From the NCBI GenBank assembly GCA_964057225.1, contig OZ059900.1, positions 310,001 through 374,000 of the forward strand: a stretch of 64,000 nt of DNA. Reading direction: 5' to 3'. This document shows, piece after piece, positions 1 to 10,800 of the stretch; positions within the stretch are counted from its first letter, which is position 1; each line of letters opens with the position of its first letter. Position numbers and translations under genes: made by a program. Under the pieces are notes generated by a model. It did no database searches, was not told the DNA's origin, and saw nothing but the letters and a program-made list of their open reading frames with translations. This stretch comes from Auanema rhodensis. Taxonomy: Eukaryota > Animalia > Nematoda.

Positions 1-347
1 TCAAATAGCATTACTACACTAAGTATGGTCGTTTTTATGCCTTTAACACCAGATACTCACCGATTTTTGGTACAAAATCTGTAATACTCGTAAATTTTGA
101 TCATATTCGTTAAGATTTGAAAATCAAACACACAATAAACAAAATCAGTCTATTTTTATGAGTTTTCACTGATATATATTCATTTTGATCAAAAAAGGTC
201 GAAAATAGAAAGAATTTTTGAATTTTCCGAGTTTTGAGTCCAATTGGGCTAAATCGCTCATATATATGATCAAAAGCATAGTTTTATTGTCTATAACAAC
301 AAAAGTCATCAATTAAACGCTAGTGATGTTTTAATACTGAATTTCGC

Positions 348-695
348 TCAAATAGCATTACTACACTAAGTATGGTCGTTTTTATACCTTTAACACCATA
401 TACTCACCGATTTTTGGTACAAAATCTGTAATACTCGTAAATTTTGATCATATTCGTTAAGTTTTGAAAATCAAACACACAATAAACAAAATCAGTCTAT
501 TTTTATGAGTTTGCACTGATATATATTCATTTTGATCAAAAAAGGTCGAAAATAGAAAGAATTTTTGAATTTTCCGAGTTTTGAGTCCAATTGGGCTAAA
601 TCGCTCATATATATGATCAAAAGCATAGTTTTATTGTCTATGATAACAAAAGTCTTCAAATATACACTAATAATGTGTAAATCACTGAATTTCAC
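348..695 (+). repeat. Type C monomer (348 bp, divergent 3' patch); 13 copies ending at 695, 3819, 4862, 5904, 9028, 10070, 12848, 13891, 14933, 19446, 21183, 21878, 25351
   Basis: The diagnostic end gataacaaaagtcttcaaatatacactaataatgtgtaaatcactgaatttcac is followed by tcaaatagcTttac. The positions coincide with the 13 MKFSDL... ORFs in the ORF track. Confidence 0.95.
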
Positions 696-1736
696 TCAAA
701 TAGCTTTACTACACTAAGTATGGTCGTTTTTATGCCTTTAACACCATATACTCACCGATTTTTGGTACAAAATCTGTAATACTCGTAAATTTTGATCATA
801 TTCGTTAAGATTTGAGAATCAAACACACAATACACAAAATCAGTCTATTTTTATGAGCTTGCACTGATATATATTCATTTTGATCAAAAAAGGTCGAAAA
901 TAGAAAGAATTTTTGAAATTTCCGAGTTTTGAGTCCAATTTGGCTAAATCGCTCATATATATGATCAAAAGCATAGTTTCATTGTCTATAACAACAAAAG
1001 TCATCAATTAAACGCTAGTGATGTTTTAATACTGAATTTCGCTCAAATAGCATTACTACACTAAGTATGGTCGTTTTTATGCCTTTAACACCATATACTC
1101 ACCGATTTTTGGTACAAAATCTGTAATACTTGTAAATTTTGATCATATTTGTTAAGATTTGAGAATCAAACACACAATACACAAAATCAGTCTATTTTAA
1201 TGAGTTTGCACTGATATATATTCATTTTGATCAAAAAAGGTCGAAAATAGAAAGAATTTTTGAAATTTCCGAGTTTTGAGTCTAATTTGGCTAAATCGCT
1301 CATATATATGATCAGAAGCATAGTTTTGTTGTCTATGACAACAAAAGTCATCAATTAAACGCTAGTGATGTTTAAATACTGATTTTCGCTCAAATAGCAT
1401 TACTACACTAAGTATGGTCGTTTTTATGCCTTTAACACCATATACTCACCGATTTTTGGTACAAAATCTGTAATACTCGTAAATTTTGATCATATTCGTT
1501 AAGATTTGAGAATCAAACACACAATACACAAAATCAGTCTATTTTTATGAGCTTGCACTGATATATATTCATTTTGATCAAAAAAGGTCGAAAATAGAAA
1601 GAATTTTTGAAATTTCCGAGTTTTGAGTCCAATTTGGCTAAATCGCTCATATATATGATCAAAAGCATAGTTTTATTGTCTATAACAACAAAAGTCATCA
1701 ATTAAACGCTAGTGATGTTTAAATACTGATTTTCGC

Positions 1737-3124
1737 TCAAATAGCATTACTACACTAAGTATGGTCGTTTTTATGCCTTTAACACCATATACTCACCGAT
1801 TTTTGGTACAAAATCTGTAATACTCGTAAATTTTGATCATATTCGTTAAGATTTGAGAATCAAACACACAATACACAAAATCAGTCTATTTTTATGAGCT
1901 TGCACTGATATATATTCATTTTGATCAAAAAAGGTCGAAAATAGAAAGAATTTTTGAAATTTCCGAGTTTTGAGTCCAATTTGGCTAAATCGCTCATATA
2001 TATGATCAAAAGCATAGTTTTATTGTCTATAACAACAAAAGTCATCAATTAAACGCTAGTGATGTTTAAATACTGAATTTCGCTCAAATAGCATTACTAC
2101 ACTAAGTATGGTCGTTTTTATGCCTTTAACACCATATACTCACCGATTTTTGGTACAAAATCTGTAATACTCGTAAATTTTGATCATATTTGTTAAGATT
2201 TGAGAATCAAACATACAATACACGAAATCAGTCTATTTTTATGAGCTTGCACTGATATATATTCATTTTGATCAAAAAAGGTCGAAAATAGAAAGAATTT
2301 TTGAAATTTCCGAGTTTTGAGTCTAATTTGGCTAAATCGCTCATATATATGATCAGAAGCATAGTTCTATTGTCTATGACAACAAAAATCATCAATTAAA
2401 CGCTAGTGATGTTTAAATACTGATTTTCGCTCAAATAGCATTACTACACTAAGTATGGTCGTTTTTATGCCTTTAACACCATATACTCACCGATTTTTGG
2501 TACAAAATCTGTAATACTCGTAAATTTTGATCATATTCGTTAAGATTTGAGAATCAAACACACAATACACAAAATCAGTCTATTTTTATGAGCTTGCACT
2601 GATATATATTCATTTTGATCAAAAAAGGTCGAAAATAGAAAGAATTTTTGAAATTTCCGAGTTTTGAGTCCAATTTGGCTAAATCGCTCATATATATGAT
2701 CAAAAGCATAGTTTTATTGTCTATAACAACAAAAGTCATCAATTAAACGCTAGTGATGTTTAAATACTGAATTTCGCTCAAATAGCATTACTACACTAAG
2801 TATGGTCGTTTTTATGCCTTTAACACCATATACTCACCGATTTTTGGTACAAAATCTGTAATACTCGTAAATTTTGATCATATTTGTTAAGATTTGAGAA
2901 TCAAACATACAATACACGAAATCAGTCTATTTTTATGAGCTTGCACTGATATATATTCATTTTGATCAAAAAAGGTCGAAAATAGAAAGAATTTTTGAAA
3001 TTTCCGAGTTTTGAGTCTAATTTGGCTAAATCGCTCATATATATGATCAGAAGCATAGTTCTATTGTCTATGACAACAAAAATCATCAATTAAACGCTAG
3101 TGATGTTTAAATACTGATTTTCGC
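1737..3124 (+). repeat. Dimer (694-bp) tandem duplication: 1737-2430 and 2431-3124
   Basis: A plain monomer plus a rare gttctattg...acaaaaatc monomer, repeated twice with no difference noticed. Confidence 0.88.
2431..2777 (+). repeat. Representative consensus-like monomer (type A end, 347 bp)
   Basis: Carries the majority allele at the variable sites (gagaatc, cacaatacac, gagctt, gaaattt, ccaatttgg, tataac, catcaattaaacgctagtgatg). Hand count gives 55 C + 46 G in 347 bp (~29% GC), 9 CpG and three TGATCA (BclI) sites. 146 of 184 monomers have the type A end. Confidence 0.95.
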
Positions 3125-3819
3125 TCAAATAGCATTACTACACTAAGTATGGTCGTTTTTATGCCTTTAACACCATATACTCACCGATTTTTGGTACAAA
3201 ATCTGTAATACTCGTAAATTTTGATCATATTCGTTAAGATTTGAGAATCAAACACACAATACACAAAATCAGTCTATTTTTATGAGCTTGCACTGATATA
3301 TATTCATTTTGATCAAAAAAGGTCGAAAATAGAAAGAATTTTTGAAATTTCCGAGTTTTGAGTCCAATTTGGCTGAATCGCTCATATATATGATCAAAAG
3401 CATAGTTTTATTGTCTATAACAACAAAAGTCATCAATTAAACGCTAGTGATGTTTTAATACTGAATTTCGCTCAAATAGCATTACTACACTAAGTATGGT
3501 CGTTTTTATACCTTTAACACCATATACTCACCGATTTTTGGTACAAAATCTGTAATACTCGTAAATTTTGATCATATTCGTTAAGTTTTGAAAATCAAAC
3601 ACACAATAAACAAAATCAGTCTATTTTTATGAGTTTGCACTGATATATATTCATTTTGATCAAAAAAGGTCGAAAATAGAAAGAATTTTTGAATTTTCCG
3701 AGTTTTGAGTCCAATTGGGCTAAATCGCTCATATATATGATCAAAAGCATAGTTTTATTGTCTATGATAACAAAAGTCTTCAAATATACACTAATAATGT
3801 GTAAATCACTGAATTTCAC

Positions 3820-4167
3820 TCAAATAGCTTTACTACACTAAGTATGGTCGTTTTTATGCCTTTAACACCATATACTCACCGATTTTTGGTACAAAATCTG
3901 TAATACTCGTAAATTTTGATCATATTTGTTAAGATTTGAGAATCAAACATACAATACACGAAATCAGTCTATTTTTATGAGTTTGCACTGATATATATTC
4001 ATTTTGATCAAAAAAGGTCGAAAATAGAAAGAATTTTTGAATTTTCCGAGTTTTGAGTCCAATTGGGCTAAATCGCTCATATATATGATCAAAAGCATAG
4101 TTTTATTGTCTATGACAACAAAAGTCATTAATTAAACACTAATGATGTTTAAATCACTAAATTTCGC
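3820..4167 (+). repeat. Type B monomer (348 bp); 25 copies dispersed across the window
   Basis: Diagnostic end gacaacaaaagtcattaattaaacactaatgatgtttaaatcactaaatttcgc. I counted 25 copies (first ~4.1 kb, last ~63.85 kb), consistent with the length arithmetic of the array. Confidence 0.9.
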
Positions 4168-4862
4168 TCAAATAGCATTACTACACTAAGTATGGTCGTT
4201 TTTATGCCTTTAACACCATATACTCACCGATTTTTGGTACAAAATCTGTAATACTCGTAAATTTTGATCATATTCGTTAAGATTTGAGAATCAAACACAC
4301 AATACACAAAATCAGTCTATTTTTATGAGCTTGCACTGATATATATTCATTTTGATCAAAAAAGGTCGAAAATAGAAAGAATTTTTGAAATTTCCGAGTT
4401 TTGAGTCCAATTTGGCTGAATCGCTCATATATATGATCAAAAGCATAGTTTTATTGTCTATAACAACAAAAGTCATCAATTAAACGCTAGTGATGTTTTA
4501 ATACTGAATTTCGCTCAAATAGCATTACTACACTAAGTATGGTCGTTTTTATACCTTTAACACCATATACTCACCGATTTTTGGTACAAAATCTGTAATA
4601 CTCGTAAATTTTGATCATATTCGTTAAGTTTTGAAAATCAAACACACAATAAACAAAATCAGTCTATTTTTATGAGTTTGCACTGATATATATTCATTTT
4701 GATCAAAAAAGGTCGAAAATAGAAAGAATTTTTGAATTTTCCGAGTTTTGAGTCCAATTGGGCTAAATCGCTCATATATATGATCAAAAGCATAGTTTTA
4801 TTGTCTATGATAACAAAAGTCTTCAAATATACACTAATAATGTGTAAATCACTGAATTTCAC

Positions 4863-7800
4863 TCAAATAGCTTTACTACACTAAGTATGGTCGTTTTTAT
4901 GCCTTTAACACCATATACTCACCGATTTTTGGTACAAAATCTGTAATACTCGTAAATTTTGATCATATTTGTTAAGATTTGAGAATCAAACATACAATAC
5001 ACGAAATCAGTCTATTTTTATGAGCTTGCACTGATATATATTCATTTTGATCAAAAAAGGTCGAAAATAGAAAGAATTTTTGAAATTTCCGAGTTTTGAG
5101 TCTAATTTGGCTAAATCGCTCATATATATGATCAGAAGCATAGTTTTATTGTCTATGACAACAAAAGTCATCAATTAAACGCTAGTGATGTTTAAATACT
5201 GATTTTCGCTCAAATAGCATTACTACACTAAGTATGGTCGTTTTTATGCCTTTAACACCAGATACTCACCGATTTTTGGTACAAAATCTGTAATACTCGT
5301 AAATTTTGATCATATTCGTTAAGATTTGAAAATCAAACACACAATAAACAAAATCAGTCTATTTTTATGAGTTTGCACTGATATATATTCATTTTGATCA
5401 AAAAAGGTCGAAAATAGAAAGAATTTTTGAATTTTCCGAGTTTTGAGTCCAATTGGGCTAAATCGCTCATATATATGATCAAAAGCATAGTTTTATTGTC
5501 TATAACAACAAAAGTCATCAATTAAACGCTAGTGATGTTTTAATACTGAATTTCGCTCAAATAGCATTACTACACTAAGTATGGTCGTTTTTATACCTTT
5601 AACACCATATACTCACCGATTTTTGGTACAAAATCTGTAATACTCGTAAATTTTGATCATATTCGTTAAGTTTTGAAAATCAAACACACAATAAACAAAA
5701 TCAGTCTATTTTTATGAGTTTGCACTGATATATATTCATTTTGATCAAAAAAGGTCGAAAATAGAAAGAATTTTTGAATTTTCCGAGTTTTGAGTCCAAT
5801 TGGGCTAAATCGCTCATATATATGATCAAAAGCATAGTTTTATTGTCTATGATAACAAAAGTCTTCAAATATACACTAATAATGTGTAAATCACTGAATT
5901 TCACTCAAATAGCTTTACTACACTAAGTATGGTCGTTTTTATGCCTTTAACACCATATACTCACCGATTTTTGGTACAAAATCTGTAATACTCGTAAATT
6001 TTGATCATATTCGTTAAGATTTGAGAATCAAACACACAATACACAAAATCAGTCTATTTTTATGAGCTTGCACTGATATATATTCATTTTGATCAAAAAA
6101 GGTCGAAAATAGAAAGAATTTTTGAAATTTCCGAGTTTTGAGTCCAATTTGGCTAAATCGCTCATATATATGATCAAAAGCATAGTTTCATTGTCTATAA
6201 CAACAAAAGTCATCAATTAAACGCTAGTGATGTTTTAATACTGAATTTCGCTCAAATAGCATTACTACACTAAGTATGGTCGTTTTTATGCCTTTAACAC
6301 CATATACTCACCGATTTTTGGTACAAAATCTGTAATACTTGTAAATTTTGATCATATTTGTTAAGATTTGAGAATCAAACACACAATACACAAAATCAGT
6401 CTATTTTAATGAGTTTGCACTGATATATATTCATTTTGATCAAAAAAGGTCGAAAATAGAAAGAATTTTTGAAATTTCCGAGTTTTGAGTCTAATTTGGC
6501 TAAATCGCTCATATATATGATCAGAAGCATAGTTTTGTTGTCTATGACAACAAAAGTCATCAATTAAACGCTAGTGATGTTTAAATACTGATTTTCGCTC
6601 AAATAGCATTACTACACTAAGTATGGTCGTTTTTATGCCTTTAACACCATATACTCACCGATTTTTGGTACAAAATCTGTAATACTCGTAAATTTTGATC
6701 ATATTCGTTAAGATTTGAGAATCAAACACACAATACACAAAATCAGTCTATTTTTATGAGCTTGCACTGATATATATTCATTTTGATCAAAAAAGGTCGA
6801 AAATAGAAAGAATTTTTGAAATTTCCGAGTTTTGAGTCCAATTTGGCTAAATCGCTCATATATATGATCAAAAGCATAGTTTTATTGTCTATAACAACAA
6901 AAGTCATCAATTAAACGCTAGTGATGTTTAAATACTGATTTTCGCTCAAATAGCATTACTACACTAAGTATGGTCGTTTTTATGCCTTTAACACCATATA
7001 CTCACCGATTTTTGGTACAAAATCTGTAATACTCGTAAATTTTGATCATATTCGTTAAGATTTGAGAATCAAACACACAATACACAAAATCAGTCTATTT
7101 TTATGAGCTTGCACTGATATATATTCATTTTGATCAAAAAAGGTCGAAAATAGAAAGAATTTTTGAAATTTCCGAGTTTTGAGTCCAATTTGGCTAAATC
7201 GCTCATATATATGATCAAAAGCATAGTTTTATTGTCTATAACAACAAAAGTCATCAATTAAACGCTAGTGATGTTTAAATACTGAATTTCGCTCAAATAG
7301 CATTACTACACTAAGTATGGTCGTTTTTATGCCTTTAACACCATATACTCACCGATTTTTGGTACAAAATCTGTAATACTCGTAAATTTTGATCATATTC
7401 GTTAAGATTTGAGAATCAAACATACAATACACGAAATTAATCAATTTTTATAAGCTTGCACTGATATATATTCATTTTGATCAAAAAAGGTCGAAAATAG
7501 AAAGAATTTTTGAAATTTCCGAGTTTTGAGTCCAATTTGGCTAAATCGCTCATATATATGATCAAAAGCATAGTTTCATTGTCTATAACAACAAAAGTCA
7601 TCAATTAAACGCTAGTGATGTTTTAATACTGAATTTCGCTCAAATAGCATTACTACACTAAGTATGGTCGTTTTTATGCCTTTAACACCATATACTCACC
7701 GATTTTTGGTACAAAATCTGTAATACTCGTAAATTTTGATCATATTTGTTAAGATTTGAGAATCAAACATACAATACACGAAATCAGTCTATTTTTATGA

Positions 7801-10800
7801 GCTTGCACTGATATATATTCATTTTGATCAAAAAAGGTCAAAAATAGAAAGAATTTTTGAAATTTCCGAGTTTTGAGTCTAATTTGGCTAAATCGCTCAT
7901 ATATATGATCAGAAGCATAGTTTTGTTGTCTATGACAACAAAAGTCATCAATTAAACGCTAGTGATGTTTAAATACTGATTTTCGCTCAAATAGCATTAC
8001 TACACTAAGTATGGTCGTTTTTATGCCTTTAACACCATATACTCACCGATTTTTGGTACAAAATCTGTAATACTCGTAAATTTTGATCATATTCGTTAAG
8101 ATTTGAGAATCAAACACACAATACACAAAATCAGTCTATTTTTATGAGCTTGCACTGATATATATTCATTTTGATCAAAAAAGGTCGAAAATAGAAAGAA
8201 TTTTTGAAATTTCCGAGTTTTGAGTCCAATTTGGCTAAATCGCTCATATATATGATCAAAAGCATAGTTTTATTGTCTATAACAACAAAAGTCATCAATT
8301 AAACGCTAGTGATGTTTAAATACTGAATTTCGCTCAAATAGCATTACTACACTAAGTATGGTCGTTTTTATGCCTTTAACACCATATACTCACCGATTTT
8401 TGGTACAAAATCTGTAATACTCGTAAATTTTGATCATATTCGTTAAGATTTGAAAATCAAACACACAATAAACAAAATCAGTCTATTTTTATGAGTTTGC
8501 ACTGATATATATTCATTTTGATCAAAAAAGGTCGAAAATAGAAAGAATTTTTGAATTTTCCGAGTTTTGAGTCCAATTGGGCTAAATCGCTCATATATAT
8601 GATCAAAAGCATAGTTTTATTGTCTATAACAACAAAAGTCATCAATTAAACGCTAGTGATGTTTTAATACTGAATTTCGCTCAAATAGCATTACTACACT
8701 AAGTATGGTCGTTTTTATACCTTTAACACCATATACTCACCGATTTTTGGTACAAAATCTGTAATACTCGTAAATTTTGATCATATTTGTTAAGATTTGA
8801 GAATCAAACATACAATACACGAAATCAGTCTATTTTTATGAGTTTGCACTGATATATATTCATTTTGATCAAAAAAGGTCGAAAATAGAAAGAATTTTTG
8901 AATTTTCCGAGTTTTGAGTCCAATTGGGCTAAATCGCTCATATATATGATCAAAAGCATAGTTTTATTGTCTATGATAACAAAAGTCTTCAAATATACAC
9001 TAATAATGTGTAAATCACTGAATTTCACTCAAATAGCTTTACTACACTAAGTATGGTCGTTTTTATGCCTTTAACACCATATACTCACCGATTTTTGGTA
9101 CAAAATCTGTAATACTCGTAAATTTTGATCATATTTGTTAAGATTTGAGAATCAAACATACAATACACGAAATCAGTCTATTTTTATGAGCTTGCACTGA
9201 TATATATTCATTTTGATCAAAAAAGGTCGAAAATAGAAAGAATTTTTGAAATTTCCGAGTTTTGAGTCTAATTTGGCTAAATCGCTCATATATATGATCA
9301 GAAGCATAGTTTTATTGTCTATGACAACAAAAGTCATCAATTAAACGCTAGTGATGTTTAAATACTGATTTTCGCTCAAATAGCATTACTACACTAAGTA
9401 TGGTCGTTTTTATGCCTTTAACACCAGATACTCACCGATTTTTGGTACAAAATCTGTAATACTCGTAAATTTTGATCATATTCGTTAAGATTTGAAAATC
9501 AAACACACAATAAACAAAATCAGTCTATTTTTATGAGTTTGCACTGATATATATTCATTTTGATCAAAAAAGGTCGAAAATAGAAAGAATTTTTGAATTT
9601 TCCGAGTTTTGAGTCCAATTGGGCTAAATCGCTCATATATATGATCAAAAGCATAGTTTTATTGTCTATAACAACAAAAGTCATCAATTAAACGCTAGTG
9701 ATGTTTTAATACTGAATTTCGCTCAAATAGCATTACTACACTAAGTATGGTCGTTTTTATACCTTTAACACCATATACTCACCGATTTTTGGTACAAAAT
9801 CTGTAATACTCGTAAATTTTGATCATATTCGTTAAGTTTTGAAAATCAAACACACAATAAACAAAATCAGTCTATTTTTATGAGTTTGCACTGATATATA
9901 TTCATTTTGATCAAAAAAGGTCGAAAATAGAAAGAATTTTTGAATTTTCCGAGTTTTGAGTCCAATTGGGCTAAATCGCTCATATATATGATCAAAAGCA
10001 TAGTTTTATTGTCTATGATAACAAAAGTCTTCAAATATACACTAATAATGTGTAAATCACTGAATTTCACTCAAATAGCTTTACTACACTAAGTATGGTC
10101 GTTTTTATGCCTTTAACACCATATACTCACCGATTTTTGGTACAAAATCTGTAATACTCGTAAATTTTGATCATATTCGTTAAGATTTGAGAATCAAACA
10201 CACAATACACAAAATCAGTCTATTTTTATGAGCTTGCACTGATATATATTCATTTTGATCAAAAAAGGTCGAAAATAGAAAGAATTTTTGAAATTTCCGA
10301 GTTTTGAGTCCAATTTGGCTAAATCGCTCATATATATGATCAAAAGCATAGTTTCATTGTCTATAACAACAAAAGTCATCAATTAAACGCTAGTGATGTT
10401 TTAATACTGAATTTCGCTCAAATAGCATTACTACACTAAGTATGGTCGTTTTTATGCCTTTAACACCATATACTCACCGATTTTTGGTACAAAATCTGTA
10501 ATACTTGTAAATTTTGATCATATTTGTTAAGATTTGAGAATCAAACACACAATACACAAAATCAGTCTATTTTAATGAGTTTGCACTGATATATATTCAT
10601 TTTGATCAAAAAAGGTCGAAAATAGAAAGAATTTTTGAAATTTCCGAGTTTTGAGTCTAATTTGGCTAAATCGCTCATATATATGATCAGAAGCATAGTT
10701 TTGTTGTCTATGACAACAAAAGTCATCAATTAAACGCTAGTGATGTTTAAATACTGATTTTCGCTCAAATAGCATTACTACACTAAGTATGGTCGTTTTT

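Noticed and set aside
1-347. Tandem RNA gene array (5S rRNA, tRNA, snRNA, spliced leader)
   Set aside because: I recognise no such sequence or Pol III box, and ~29% GC is unlike 5S or tRNA. An Rfam/Infernal search of the monomer would be decisive.
1-347. Assignment to a named satellite family (for example Drosophila 359-bp or tenebrionid ~350-bp satellites)
   Set aside because: Only length and A+T content are similar, and I do not recognise sequence identity. BLAST/Dfam/Repbase searches are needed.
105-358. CENP-B box (TTCG....A..CGGG)
   Set aside because: TTCG occurs at 106 and 343 and on the minus strand near 200, but the CGGG half is absent in each case.
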